A DNA stretch of 64,000 nucleotides from Octopus vulgaris (taxonomy: Eukaryota). Position 1 is the stretch's first letter; each line of letters begins with the position of its first letter. The notes beneath the pieces were generated by a model. The model was not told the origin of the DNA, did not search any database, and worked only from the letters and a program-made list of their open reading frames with translations. This document shows positions 38,581 to 54,001 of this stretch, piece by piece. The stretch spans positions 7,564,001 to 7,628,000 of the forward strand of contig OX597832.1 of NCBI GenBank assembly GCA_951406725.2. The letters are read 5' to 3'. A program made the translations under genes and the position numbers.

Positions 38581-39540
38581 TAGGGGAGACCGGGTCTAGT
38601 TACATTTTTTCATTTTTTTGCCTTGGAACCCACATAAATCAACACAGCTGAAATTTCTTTTCAGAATTCTTTAGTAAAATATCTCTATTTATTGTTATCA
38701 CCAGCAAAAAAAAAAAAAAAAATCCCAGAAATTACTTAACATTAATTAGACAGGTTCTAATTAATGAGGTGGTATCACCTAATTAATGAGGTGGGTACGT
38801 TGTGACACTTACTGGGGTACTTTGTTACAACTGTCGATAACTCGGAATTATGTTAACAAATGAGTTTAAAATGAATACGTCTGTAGCTTCTTGCATCTAG
38901 GAAGTATTATTTTAATTAATTAACTGTGATTTGAACCACCTCATATCCTAACTGTGATACTGAGAGTCCTCATCATGTGCCATCTTGTCGGAATAGTTCT
39001 CCATTAACTTCTCACGACACAGATCAGACAGAAAGTCCTGTCGTACAGTCAGTGTGTGTCCAGTCTTTACAGATCATGCATTGCACCCATTCTTCACCGG
39101 GAAGAGAGTTGGAATACCAATCTGAGCAGACAAGGCATTTCTACTCGGCGACTTGCTTGCTGCGAGTCTGCTTCCCTTTGCCTTTACCTGTTTTAGCTGA
39201 CTTTCCCTTCCCCTTTGTTGCTTTTTCTGTACCAGTTGCCTTCTTTGGTTTGGATTTCCGTTCGTTTATTTCATCCACTATGCGCTGTTTTACGAGAGTT
39301 AAAGTTAGAATGGTTGTTTGGCACCTCTTGCGACTTTCACGACCCCATCCTGTCTTCCTAGGGGAAGCCTTCCTTAATGGGCAAAACATCTCTGGGCTTG
39401 AAACAACACCAGCAGGAAAACTTGGGCCTGGTGTAGGTTGGTCTGTCGGACAGTCTTGCCGTTCATTGACCTAGTCGCCTGGTTGAACGCCTGACTGGTC
39501 ATCTGGCTGCAAGTTAGGCTGGTTATCTATGGCAACAGTC
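38581..39540 (-). mobile_element. 3' end of pogo-like DNA transposon with PHD finger
   Basis: TIR-like taggggagaccgggtc..; ILTLTLVK..K-rich..CLVCSDWYSNSLPGEEWVQCMICKDWTHTDC. Confidence 0.7.
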
Positions 39541-39893
39541 CGGATACTTATTGATCAAACCACATATATATCATTTTTATATACTTATTGCTCGTATTAA
39601 TGACAATTCGCAATTATAATCTAGATACGTAATGATATTTTTTTAAATCACAACTAACAATTTATAACATCAAGCAAAGCTAATTATTTTGTTTATTATA
39701 TCGTATTTATAATATTTTATTCATTTATTATTTTTCTATCAACTTGTTTGATTCTTTTTGTTTATAGACATTGTTATAGTGTCTGCTACCCAATTTCCTG
39801 TCCATTTCTCAATTTCCTCTATTTATGATATCTCTAGCTATGTTTATATTTACCTACCTCCCTCGCTCCCTCGCGCCCTACCTCCCTACATCC

Positions 39894-40029
<136 letters not shown>

Positions 40030-40849
40030 GTACACACACCTCACAAACATACGCACACACTCTCTCACGCACACATACGTAATGTATTAATACATACATA
40101 CATAAATACATATACATACATATATACATAACCTTATCACAGTATCGTCAGCTAAGATGTACAGGGATACAGGACCGTTTAAAAATGCTGTTTTGAACGT
40201 TTTCACCTACAATTATGGTGACTCCTCCAGTATAAATCAGTTACTGCTTGTTTTCCCGTCTGTTATAAAAAAGACGAACATCTTTTACTTGCCAACGTAG
40301 CGCTCTTCTGACCAAATTATAAAATACACATTACTCCACGTAAAAATTTTCTTGAGACGAGCGTTACTGATGTTGATAATCACAACACCAATACTGACAC
40401 CAACACGGTAATACTACAGCATCTGTAAGATATTTAAGACGATAGAAGTATTATTTTCGCTTCAGCTGGTCTTTATATTTAAATCAAGATCTATTTCGGT
40501 GCTATGAGAAAGCCCAAAATTTAGTAATGTACGGAGAAACGATTTCAGAAACAAAAATTATTTTTTCCTGCAAATGATGGTCAGTACAGATTGTAATTGA
40601 TATTCCAACTCTCGTGATGTTAGTTGACCTTCTTAACATACAGACAACTGGCCAAAATCTACAATAAAAGAGATCGAAAATTAATGTTAACAAATAACTG
40701 CGGCCATCTCTAAACTCTCATATATATCTTCACATAGAACTGATTCGGCAGAAACAACTCAAGTATATTTAAATTAAGAACATTTTGAAACCACAGTTAG
40801 TAAAAAAATTTTCTAGCTTTCCTGAGCTGTCGTAGAGTGACAAACCATT

Positions 40850-43115
40850 CGTAATAAGATTAAAGAAACAGCTAACGGTTCTAATCTCCAGTTTTGTCGA
40901 CAATGTTGCTGAAGAGTGCTGGAAATTAACACCTTCCTTGTCACAACTGCTATTATACATAAAGAAAACTCAGGAAGAAATCTGAAGTACACGTGCTAAA
41001 AATATTACTAAACGGAAGAGACCGGGATGGAAAACAACACTTGAAGAAAACATCAACAACAATATTCGACCCTACCATATTAGAAGGTGAACGACGGTAA
41101 CAAAGTTCAAAGACAATAATGACTTCACATCTCACTAGTTACATCCTATGCAAAAAAAAAAGAAAACTCTACCTCACTGGAAGTTCTTGGAAACCTATTA
41201 ATTTTAAATCAGGAACTCAAAACACTGAGCGAAAAACTTCTTTATCCTGTGAAAATATCCAAGAGAGACAATATAAATGACAAGTTACCATCCTGTCCGC
41301 AGGTATTATACCAAAAGAGGAAGAAAGCTATTGCTGTTAAGAAAAATCCTCAAAATCATCTTCAATCGTTCTGGTCTAAGATCAGATCTGGAACGAAAAG
41401 ATATTTCAACCAGAATGTATCGTGGATAACCACAGGTAAGAAAGAATACAGTACAGACATCGACAGTAAAATATACACAAACGAGTCTGAAATTTTCACC
41501 TTAAAGGTAGGCAACCTACATAATGGTAAGGTACATGGAAGGGTGCCATATCATTAATAGTTGAAAACTGCTACAAGTCGTTAATATGTATATTCAAAAG
41601 AACAATGGAAGGCAACATTAATGTACCAAATTGGTTTGCATGAACAAATCATGTAGCCAAGAATGAAACTATCGAGTTAGCAGAAAACTCTGGGACCGTT
41701 ATTTGCCTAAACATTATATACAAGCTGTATACAAACTGTTTCAACCAATTCCTCCGGAACCATTGTGAGTTCAACAACATAGTGACTGATAAACAGGTAA
41801 CTAGAAAGACAGGAGTACGGAGATGTACCCCAGAAAGTAAGCTGTAATGTGCAACGTAAGAAAGTACCTTATAAACGTGGCGATAGTGTAGCATGATTAC
41901 AGGAAAGCATTCGGCTCTATTCCCTACTCATAAGTATCTGCACTTAGCACAAGTAACTGCCATTGAATACCTTAGAAAGACCTGGGAAACAATCCTCAGC
42001 TTACAATTAAGAATGAAATGATCATTTCCAATGTTATAAATATTTCTGTAATTTTGTATATTTTGGTTTTAAATTCGTTATCATTTTTGTTATAAAAATC
42101 CAACAGCTACTTTCTGATGACCCTATAACTGGTAGAGGTGTAATGTAGTAACCCATATTTGTTTTGTGGATTATTTGAAGTTTTCTGCTAAAATAGTTGT
42201 CAATGTAAGAAAAGAAAACAAAAAAAAAAAAATAGAAAAGAAAAGAAAATAACAAACCTATCTGAGTTCACATTTTCAGCCGACAGAGGAATGGAATTTG
42301 GCAAAAAGAAGTGTTCGTATTTGATTGTTGAAACTGGAAAATCAGTCCCCGAAACCCGTGTCTGTGTATCAACAGTCTCTATATCTCTGTTGTTGCAGAC
42401 AAAGAATGATGCAAATACTGAGGCATTGAATACGAAGGTGCTGTAAACAAAGAAAGAGTAACATAAGAATATTACATCAGACTTAGAAAAATAAGAAAAA
42501 TACGGAAGACCGAATTCTCTTACAACTAGACAATATCTCGCTATGCACTTGTAGTACCAGTGATGATTTCAACACTTAGGATACTTGGTCGGTCTGTAGA
42601 AGGAATCCACTTCATAGATATTAAAACTTGCTGGATCCTGACACCAACTGAAAAGTTCTACGAAAATAGATATCAAGTGCAACAGTCTTATGAGACTATA
42701 TGATTCACTAAGGTGAGATAAAGAGTGATGAGATAAAGAATAGAAAACCAGATATAGTGATAACTTAGAAAGCAAACAGTGCTGAATGATAGATATAGCA
42801 TGTCAAACTGACAATAAGGTATGCGTTAAAGAATTATAAAGTGTTGGTAGATATGGCGGGTTAGCTAGGAAGTTTAAATAGTTTAGGTTGCTGAAAAAGG
42901 TGGTAGTAATACCAGTAATTGTCGGAGCCTTAGGAACATTAAAGATCTTAGGAACAGTAAGTAAAGATGTACAGTGAACAAATAGAGGTTGCCACACGGG
43001 TCGAACACTTGCTTGGAACTGGTCGAAAAGTAAGGGGTGTTACCTAAGTTCACTGGTGGTGAACAGCTGACACAGTAATACCCCTTCAACGTTAGAAGCT
43101 GAGTAAAGAAAACAT
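40850..43115 (+). pseudogene. Highly decayed R4/Dong-like LINE, interrupted at about 42035-42255
   Basis: KAFGSIP, EFGKKKC, KY.GIE, IDIACQ and VIPVIVGALG motifs in order. Confidence 0.65.
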
Positions 43116-43791
43116 AATATTAATTTTAATAATGAAGATGACGATGATGATGATGAACATCATAAAAGTAATAACAACAACAGTAGCTTCTCAATCAACA
43201 GGCATTCGATCATCCTTCAGAAATGCAAAAAAATTCATATTTGCGTACATATATACTTCAAGTTAGATCTGTGTATACATGCATTTTAAAAGTAATATTA
43301 TGCATGTGTTTGCATGATATAATTTCTAATAAATGTTGTACGAGGTGTTTTTGAAGAGAATGGAAGCCATTTTGAATCAAAACAAAACAGAATACTGATA
43401 AATTAGCGTGGTTTTAATGAAATCTGTTTTGTGCTTTTATTTCTTTAATAGGAAAAATAATACTTGAAAATGTACACTTGTATAATTTCCAGCACTCATG
43501 ATTATCAGGTTTCACAAAAGGATCAAAGTAAATTTCTTCTTGTAATGTGTTCGTTTACATTAAGGCATATCATTTAAAATGTTTAACGTTTTACAGTTTT
43601 AATAATTTTCTCCCATTCTTAATACTCTTACTGAAATATAATTCGACAATTTTCTCGATTGTAATTTGTAATATTTTATTAAAAAAACAAAACTAATGAA
43701 AGTTATATAAAGGATGCTAAATAAATCAAATCAAATTAAATAATGAAATTAATAACAAAAATAATGACAAGATTACTCTAACAAGTAATAC

Positions 43792-43817
43792 CCCTCCTCC
43801 TCCTCCTCCTCCTCCTC

Positions 43818-43866
<49 letters not shown>

Positions 43867-43921
43867 CACCACCACCACCACCACCACCACTACTACTACT
43901 ACTGCTGCTGTGCTGCTGCTG

Positions 43922-43994
<73 letters not shown>
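43792..43994. repeat. Compound trinucleotide repeat CCT/ACT/CCA/GCT/ACT
   Basis: Direct reading. Confidence 0.95.
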
Positions 43995-44238
43995 AGTGAC
44001 ATTCTTCGTCACTGACCCGTGTATATGCATGTATATGTATGTGTGTGTATCTCTCTCTCTCTCTCTCTACCTATCTATCTATCTTCCTTTCTTTTTATCC
44101 ATCTATCTATATACATGTAATAATAATAATAATAAAATGACAACAAAAGAATGAAACCTCTATTATGACAACTTATTGATTGTCCTAAACTATACATACA
44201 TACATATACATACATACATACATACATACATACATACA

Positions 44239-44289
<51 letters not shown>

Positions 44290-44583
44290 ATATTAAAAAA
44301 ACTCCACCTTTTATCAATTCAAAATGAATAATTAAATTACACCATCTACAAAATTACATATAATAGAAAAGTTAAAATTAAAAAAAATTAAAATAACAAT
44401 TAAAAAGTAAAGATTAAGTAAATTACAAGAATAATGTAATGTATATAATAGGTATTATAATAGGTATTAGAAGGTGAACGACCGTAACAAAGTTCGAGGA
44501 CAATAATGACTTCACATTTCACTAGTTACATCTAATGCAAAAAAAAAAGAAGAAAACTCTACCTCACTGGAGGTATATATGAT

Positions 44584-44886
44584 TGGGCCATTCCATAAAT
44601 AAAGCGGTTTTTTCAATTGCATGAACTAAAAGTCGGAGGAGACGGGATAGACTACCTGCACCAACTTGCTATACAAGCAATTTTAAGAGCTTTTTTTCCA
44701 AAGCGATAAGGAAAGGGACAAAGGAGCCTATTCAGCATATTTCGCTTTATGAGTTCAATAAAGGAAACAAAGCAACGGAAAGAGCGAGGAATATTATGCA
44801 GTGTACAGGGATCGCACAATAAGTGTAAACCAGTGTCAATGGTGGTTCTAAAAATTCCGAATTGGAAACTACAGCCTTGAAGACGC
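44584..44886 (+). pseudogene. Mariner 5' end and transposase N-terminus
   Basis: IQHISLYEFNKGNKATERARNI..VYRDRTISVNQCQWWF..GNYSLED. Confidence 0.8.
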
Positions 44887-45248
44887 CCACCTCCTTCACC
44901 TCTTCACCTTTATTCATTGCATACTCTCACACATCGAAGCACACATGCTCTCATACTATCTTCCATTTTTCTAGTTTCTTCTTTCACTTTTTACCCCGTT
45001 CAACATCCTTAAACAACCCTTATTCAGGGACCTTTTGAGTGAGATGGGCTACTCAACCTGAAGAAAATTCTAACTGGGCCCCCACCTGCAAGGTCATGCA
45101 CTGTTTATCTTGATATGAGATCACCATGTTGCACACATATGGTTGTAATGTATGTGCCTGGTGTACTCTTATCATGATGGGTATACTGGGCTTCGTATAT
45201 TTCACCCCAGTTTCACTTTGATGGCATACACTGCTCTCTCACTCAATC

Positions 45249-45301
<53 letters not shown>

Positions 45302-45320
45302 CTCTTTATTGCCCACTGGT

Positions 45321-45655
45321 GGGAGGCGCAATGGCCCAGTGGTTAGGGCAGCGGACTCGCGATCATAGGATCGCAGCTTCGATTCCCAGACCGGGCGTCG
45401 TGAAAACACCTAAAGCTCCACGAGCCTGTACTCTTCACCATAACTTTCTCTCACTCTTACTTCTTGTTTCTGTTGTACCTGAAATTCAAAGGGCCAGCCT
45501 TGGCACACTCTGTGTCACACTGAATATCCCCGAGAACTACGTTATGGGGACACGTGTTTGTAGAGTGCTCAGCAACTTGCACGTTAATTTCACGAGCAAG
45601 ATGTTCGGTCGATCGGATCAACTGGAACCCTCGTCGTCGTAATCGATGGAGTGCC
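45321..45655 (+). mobile_element. SINE family A, internally deleted
   Basis: Matches 184-564; nested in a SINE C copy (45660-45805, minus). Confidence 0.85.
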
Positions 45656-46698
45656 AACAATTGCCTACAGGTGGCTAAACATAGAGCAGACGAACAAGGA
45701 CAGACAAGGGGATTAAGTTGATTACATCGACACCGAAAGGATGAAAGGCAAAGTCGACCTCGGTGGAATTTGAACTCAGAAAGTAACGGCAGACGAAATA
45801 CCGAAATCGTATATCTAAATGAATAATGTCATTAGTATTTAAATTCTTATAAATGAACTTTTCGCTTTCTGCTGGTTTTATACATTCTTACACATCTCGT
45901 GTCCCCACCTCCTTCTTCATTTGAACACCCCTCTCTCGTTTAATCTCTATATCTCTATTACTCTAAACTTTCACTGTAGTGACAGAAACTTGCGTGGCTA
46001 TTCTATGATCGAACTATGTTTTAATGGTATTAATATCGATTGGAGAATTAAGTGTTTTAATAAGCTCAATACTCCACGTATCTATGAAGAATTTGAACGC
46101 GTTTAAGAAGAATTTAAGCGTGTTCTCGTTTCCCGATTGGTTATAGGATTCATGTTCTCTTAAATGTAGCATTCTGTTATCCAATTGATGTTCGACCTTT
46201 AAGCTTATGTCTATATCGAAATGTGAACTGGATTAATTAAGTTAAGGTCATGATGTAATTTAAGCTTCGTGTTGATTCCGATATCTGAGAAGTCAAAGTC
46301 TGTAATCCTGGAAAGCAGGCGAGGAACTGTGTCAACAACAATTAATCCAAAAGATTTTGAATGTAGATTAGCATGATTGCTTTGGTTAGTGGAAAGTATA
46401 ACGTGTCGGGTTCGTTTTCTCCATCAGACGCTAGAAAAAGATGCTACTGTAGAGATGGGTGCTGATAGTGTAATCAATAAAAATTATTGCTGCATATCTT
46501 TGAAACGTATCTTGAAACTATTTAGAACTACACAGATACTTAATTTGTAATTATTTTAAGGACTCAAGAAAAAGAAAGGAATTTTGACTCGTTGAGATTT
46601 AAATTTCGAACGTTTAGTGACGGAAGGAAGACAGTGAAGCAATTTGTCTAGACTCAAACTACTTCTTCCATCAATCTAACACAATATTGTTTGAGTTA

Positions 46699-46930
46699 AG
46701 GCGGCGAGCTGGCAGAAACGTTAGCACGCCGAGCGAAATACTTAGCAGTATTTCGTCTGCCGTTACGTTCTGAGTTCGAATTCCGCCGAGGTTGACTTTG
46801 CCTTTCATCCTTTCGAGGTCGATAAATTAAGTACCAGTTACGCACTGGATTCAATGTAATCGACTTAATACCTTCGTCTGTCTTTGTTTGTCCCCTCTAT
46901 GTTTAGCCCCTTGTGGGCAATAAAGAAATA
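46699..46930 (+). mobile_element. SINE family C, full length with target-site duplication
   Basis: Flanks acaatattgtttgagtt / acaatattgttagagtt. Confidence 0.9.
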
Positions 46931-48298
46931 CAATATTGTTAGAGTTGCGTTGCTGAATTTTTAGATTATTTTTTGTCATATTTACGTTGTTTATATATGG
47001 GAGTGACACGTTAACTTAAAATTTATTCTGTGTGAATCAGGAACAGTATTTCATATTATTATCGCTGTAGTTGTTGTCAGTGCCATTTTATTGTAAATCA
47101 ATGTATTTTCTGGTTTATTTGAAAATGTTTATTAGTATTTGCATATATTTTGAACATTTTAAAGGGTTTGTAGAGCCACCTTCATGCAGAATAGTGTCCG
47201 CTGGTGTTCCCTAACCGCATTCGCTCAACTAAATAATATTTATCTGTCGGTTAAGCCTCATTCAACCGAAATTCAATCTCGGATGATTTTATCTTCTTTT
47301 CTGCAGAATATATTCCCTATGAGTTCATCTTCTAAAATTTAAATTTTAACAATTTTTGAAAAGGTTAGTGAGGAATTTGAGAATGACTATTTGCCTGCTA
47401 TTTCTTGCACGTAAATTGATTCTTTGCTAGTTCGTTGTTGTCTCCTCTTGAGCATCTATTTCAGCTGCCTTCTCTTATAGACAGTCTATGTATCTGGTTA
47501 TGGAAAATTATTCAAACAAATTTCAGATCTAGGTGAAGTTTCTTTTTATAGGAGACTATCAATTTCCCATATTTATAAGCTTATACGATTACTATCAAGA
47601 CCAAATGTGTATGCATTTTACTGGACCACTCGGAAGGTCTAATTACCCTTCTAATTAGCTGAAAATCTGTATAGTGCTTCTTTTCTTATATTACATCATG
47701 GCCCCCAGCTAAACAAACCATTTTAGTTGTGTTTTTGAGCGCGTTTGCAATAGATAGCAATACGTAACGTCATTTGTCGTCGTTCAAAACAGTCTAAATA
47801 TAAGCCTGTAGAATGGTTCCGAAGCAAGGTGCAGACTTTGGAAAATATTATTTTTATAGAAGACTATCGGTTTCCCATGTATACAAATCTATACTCTCAA
47901 CTGATATTTTTCAAAGCAAAGAGAACAGTCAGTTAATGTTGTTAGGCAATACCAACTGATAGTCAGTCGGTATCGTCGCAAGAGCTGCTGACAACACCCC
48001 CCCCAAAAAAAAAACGGCATGGTATTACATATACAAATATAGTAAGCTACTAACACATCCCACGGTCTAAAAATACCGTCACACCTCTACTGTGGGCTAG
48101 CACATTAAAATGTCATCCAGCTATTCTGAGAATCAAAAGTATACCTCAGTGGTATTTGAACTTAGTAAGCAGAAAATGTAAATAAACACTGTAAAATATT
48201 CTATTCGGCTCCCAAATGATATTGTTAGCTCACCATATCTTGAGGGTACCACCTCAACAACCACGACGACGACGACCATCATCATCATCATCACCACC

Positions 48299-48346
<48 letters not shown>

Positions 48347-48410
48347 GTCGTCGTCGTCGTCGTCATCATCATCATCATCATCATCATCAATATCATCGTA
48401 TATACACATC

Positions 48411-48444
<34 letters not shown>

Positions 48445-48659
48445 GTATGTATACATATATGTATATGTATATACATATGCATATTGTGTAGGTTGTGTAA
48501 TATGATATAATTTATTTATTGAATTATGTGCAAAACATCTTCGTATATATTCGTATAAATTCGTTATACAGCAACCGATACATTGCTTCTTTCTTGTCAC
48601 TGTGTTAGTGTTGGAAGGAAATTATATATACGCACGCACGTACGCATATCCACCTGAGC

Positions 48660-48698
<39 letters not shown>

Positions 48699-48704
48699 TA
48701 CACA

Positions 48705-48777
<73 letters not shown>

Positions 48778-49015
48778 GAAAACATACATATGTGTTTATA
48801 GACACATGTGTCTGTATACATGTATATATATGAATGTATATATGTATGTGGAAACACTCACACAGATATGACACACTCGCACACATCACACAACAATATA
48901 CCTACATATGTATATTTTTATTCATATGCATCTATACATACATGCATACATACATATATACATTACATATATATATATGCACATATATATACATATGCAT
49001 ATATATATATACATA

Positions 49016-49147
<132 letters not shown>

Positions 49148-49567
49148 TATATGTATTATGTATATATATGTATCTGTTATGTATGTATGTATGTATGTAT
49201 GTATGTATGTATGTATGTATGTATGTATGTACGTATGTATGTATATTTACTTTATTATTGCAAACTGAAACTGCAGTTATTGAATTTTGAAATGTCGCAG
49301 CTCAAAATAAATATAGCTCGACAAGTGAAGGATGCGTTTAGGTTAAAAGTATGGAAATTATGATTTCAAAAATTGGTTTCAGAATTTCGTCGTATTGACA
49401 TATCTCTTGAGTTTCACAATAAAGAGAATTTCTAAGTTGTTGATTTTATAATTTCAACAACGTTATTAAATCTATTAACTTTAGAAAATTTATTAAGTTA
49501 TTCAGAAGAAAGTTTTAATAGTAAGCGAATGGGTGGATACGGCTTCGAAATTTTGTATGTATCAATC

Positions 49568-49601
<34 letters not shown>

Positions 49602-49919
49602 TCCATGTACGTATATATGCGAATTTACACACGCTCTCTCTCTCTCACACACACACACACATACACACACACACACACACAAACGCAAACACACACACAC
49701 ACACAATTTATGCAATCAGTGTTCTGAATGCTGAAATCGTTCTTATAAGTAATCGTGTGAGGAAATATGATTGTATATACTAATGTGTATATGGGTGTGT
49801 CTTTACATTCATACATACAAACAGACATACATACATACACAAATACATACATACACACATACATACATACATACACACATACATACATACATACATACAT
49901 ACATACATACATAGTGTAT

Positions 49920-49967
<48 letters not shown>

Positions 49968-50126
49968 ACATATGTATATGTATATCATATATTATACGCA
50001 CACAATATATGTATATATATAAATATATGTATAAGCACTTAACATATGCCGAGTTTATATTATTTAACAAATAAATAAGAAGCAATGCATACAACCTATA
50101 TATATATGTATATATACATGCATACA

Positions 50127-50157
<31 letters not shown>

Positions 50158-50281
50158 GTACATATACATACCCACACGCACACATGCATATATATGCATG
50201 TATGTATGTATGTGTGTGTGCCTGTATATGTGTGTTTGTGTGTGTATGTGTGCGTGTATATATGTGTCTCTGTGTGTGTGA

Positions 50282-50314
<33 letters not shown>

Positions 50315-50879
50315 TGTGTGTGTGCATGTGTGCGTGTTAGATATGGAGTTCTTTTCAAAGAATCTTTCTTACTGTACTACAAATTTTTCCATATAGTATA
50401 ACCAATACCGTACGTAATGAACAGCTTGAAAATACATTATCATTATATGCAACATATTTTGGATAGAACAAAGGTAATAAGCCGGACTTGTTTCACCCAT
50501 GACGACCGTTCATAACCCTCTTGAACTTTCTACAGAGTTACTGCTTATAATCGTACTAATATTAAGGCTTAAGTAATTAAGATGCACTTATATGCATATA
50601 AAACTCATTCTTAGCAGTAAATCGACAAACGAATTAAAAGGACTCATGCAGTGCTTTGTTTCCATACTATACTGCAGAACAAAATGTTAGTAAACATTTT
50701 CAGTCCAGTGAGGAGACTTCGTTAAGCCATACGCAGTGTACACTAGAACCCCCAGTAAAGGATACTTCTTATCTTGCCGAACTTCTATGAGAACTGCTGG
50801 CGATCACATTACCTGAGGTAATTACTGAAAATTTTTGCTGGACTGTCCGTTAAAGTTCTGAACAGAAAGGCAACCGTAA

Positions 50880-51370
50880 AGTTTGTGCCACATAATTTCA
50901 AAAAGAAAATTGTTACAAACTAAAGGTCTGGAACTCCAAATTGCCAAGACGAATCAATATCAAGCTGTTTATTGCAACAGTCGAATCAGTGTTATTAAAT
51001 GTCAGTGAAACTTGGACATTGACAAAGAAATTATCAAACAGGTTTGATGTATGTTACACAAGGATTCTACGAATAGCCATACATGTGAAATGCCATATGA
51101 CAAACAAATGCTTTTGCGGTGATCTGCCAAAACTTAGCGAGAAGATCAGGCAAAAATGGCTGCGGTTATCTGGTGACTGCGTGTGTCACCCTGACTTGGA
51201 ACTTGTGAAATTCACTTCATGGTGATATAAGAAGAGGAAAAGGCCGTCACACTTACGTCAACAACTTGATTTCAGACACCGGCCTGGAATATATGCAGGA
51301 CCTCGAGGCAGTGATATCGGACTGAGAAGTATGGCGTGTAGGCTTTGTTGATGCTTCTCGGGTAGCGGCC
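50880..51370 (+). pseudogene. RTE-like LINE ORF 3' fragment
   Basis: KLFIATVESVLLNVSETWTLTKKL..YTRILRIA..LPKLSEKIRQKWLRLSG. Confidence 0.8.
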
Positions 51371-51742
51371 ATAATAAAAATAATACATCGTATCATCAGA
51401 ACACTTAAACAAAAGGAGGCGAATCACTGTCATGTATACGAATGAAGCTATAAACAATAGCTTCGATGCTTATCAGAATGATTAGTTTGGGTTGTCTGTA
51501 GCCGACAAGAAACAACGATGTCAGATAACCAGTTTGTTCCCGAATCTCTTGCGTTTCTGAATCAAGTGTGTTATGGACACACATTCGTGGTAAAACGTTG
51601 ATCTCATGTGACGAAACAGAACAACGATTAGCATACTTAAGTTCGAATCTGCAGGAACGTATCAAAAATAAATATGGAAGTCATTGTGTAATATATGTGT
51701 GAGTACATGTGTGTATGTGTGTGTGTATGTGTCTGTGTATGT

Positions 51743-51806
<64 letters not shown>

Positions 51807-51868
51807 GTAGACATATACACATATATGCATTATTTGTGTGTATATAAGTGTTTGAGAGTGTTTACATG

Positions 51869-51921
<53 letters not shown>

Positions 51922-53117
51922 ATACGCACGCGTATGTGTGTTCACGCGCGTGTGTGATGGATTTGTAATTCTTTTTAAAGATTGCGCTAAATTTTGATGG
52001 ATAAATAGATTGATAGACACATAGTCATTGCTCGTACATGCATACATCTGTACACATATGTATGCAAATATATATAGATATTTATACACAGATGCGCATA
52101 CGCACATACACACACAAACGCACTTACACATAACAGATGTAAATCCAAAATTGGACATCTTCATAAGCTGAAATTGTTCTGTACATCAGCTAAGAATTAA
52201 TTTACTTTTAACATCGTAGACTGCAACTAGTCTTTTGTGCATGTCATATACATTGTGGCGTCGGTTCAATATCGAAACTGGGAAAGAACCCTATATTAAA
52301 TTAACTGTCAAGTTGATTGCCATTTGCCTCAGCAATGTGAAATAAATTACCAGATCATACAAAAGGCGATTGAGTTGGACTGGGCAAATCTCCGAGACTC
52401 GGAATTCCGTAGGCATTCATTTAATATATTTCTATTGGAAACTCTTCACTTACATTTCATATTACTTTTGGAAACATGTCAGCATGACGTTGGCCATTTC
52501 TCTTTCAGCACACATTACATTTTTAACCCCCACCACCGTCACTTACATACACACATCCTACTCTGTATTCTCTGTATTCTTTTCAATTCCGTCCGATCGT
52601 TATCCGAATTTCAGATAAATTCTCGATAATTTCTCTTTCATTACATCAAATCTCCAACATCTAACGCTGGTTGTTAACTGATTTGTTGCACCATTCTACC
52701 TGTCTTTGAGGACTTACATATGTCCCTTTAGGATTAATTATTAACAGTAAATTGGAGTATAGGCTTGTTTCATTCTTTGCCAGATAGAGGAAGAAAGAGA
52801 AAGGAAAGCAGAGAGAGAGAGAAAGAAAGAGTGAAAGAACGAGAGCGAGCGATACAGATTGAGAATGATTGCAATAAAGAAACAGAGATAGACAGAGATT
52901 GAGAGAGGTGATTTTCTTTTTCTTTTCATTCCTCTATAGTTGAGCGCAGCGCGGATATGGATGTATCGCTAAGTGGTTTGCTTCAGAAGCACGCAGTTTT
53001 GAGTTCAATCAATCACCTTCAGTAAACGACCTAACCCGTGGCCTCTCATTTGCCAATGACCTGAGAGCAAAAAGTTCGTAGACGGAAACTATGTAGAAGG
53101 TCGTGGTAGATATACAA

Positions 53118-53179
<62 letters not shown>

Positions 53180-53190
53180 TTATATATATA

Positions 53191-53680
53191 TAGTAGTGGT
53201 ACAGCAAAGCACCAATATTTACTGGAAATAGCAGTCGATAAATTTACAACGCTATACTAAGCTTCAATGTGTATATATTCACAAAGACGTGTAAGGGCAG
53301 CAAACATGCAATTTTGTCTTACCTCTAGGAAGAACATTATATTAACAGACAACCCAGAGTCGGATAATCCAGTACCTAGGTTTCGGCCTCTTCAAATACA
53401 TTTGTTATCATAAATTTGATTAGTCTTCATCAGCTGGATTTACCTGGACAATATTTCAAATGTTGCTACATCAATGCCAGTATACTCGTCTGAACCTCTA
53501 GCCGTTAACAGATCGAGAACACTGAAAAAAGTTTCAATGAAAAATAAAATATTGCAAAGCAAATGTATTACTTTCCAGTAAAATAAGGCACCGTAAAGGT
53601 AGAAGTATAAATATAGAGTAGTGGTACAACAAAGCACCAATGTTTACTGAAAATAGCTTAAAGATTCAATGTGTATATAG
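53191..53680 (-). mobile_element. Family D copy: 425-nt monomer plus partial repeat in (TA)n
   Basis: agtagtggtaca at 53192 and 53617; colinear with 30010-30440. Confidence 0.75.
53366..53440 (-). ncRNA. Type I hammerhead ribozyme, canonical core
   Basis: aatccag-CTGATGA, long helix II (tcaaat/atttga), GAAAC-ctag-GTA-ctggatt; 7-bp helix I; palindrome ACCTAGGT. Confidence 0.8.
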
Positions 53681-53726
53681 TAAATCCATATTCCTAAAAT
53701 GATGGCAAGATACTCACACACACACA

Positions 53727-53770
<44 letters not shown>

Positions 53771-53771
<1 letters not shown>

Positions 53772-54001
53772 TTTATTTAAAGCAGCAGAAAATTCAACAA
53801 AACCTGTTACTCTGAGTTTCCCGTTGCCGTTCATCGGACAGATTTTGCTAGAAAAAACTCTCCGTTGAACGGCAACGGGAAACTCAGAGTAACAGGTTTT
53901 GTTGAATTTTCTGCTGCTTTAAATAAAGCATATTACTCTACCACTGGTATTTGAGTACTCTTTTTTCCACCTTGTTTCACATTTATGTTTTTACTCCGGT
54001 A
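53771..54001. mobile_element. Family H mini fold-back with two inverted HHR motifs plus tail, in (TA)n
   Basis: 53771-53840 inverted versus 53860-53928; cores CCGATGA and CCGTTGA; tail ends actccggta. Confidence 0.85.

Noticed and set aside
40905-40932. CTGAAGA..GAAA as a hammerhead
   Set aside because: No helix II or consistent helix I; lies in a LINE relic
45950-46450. Possible decayed GIY-YIG region on the minus strand
   Set aside because: Only vague motif resemblance
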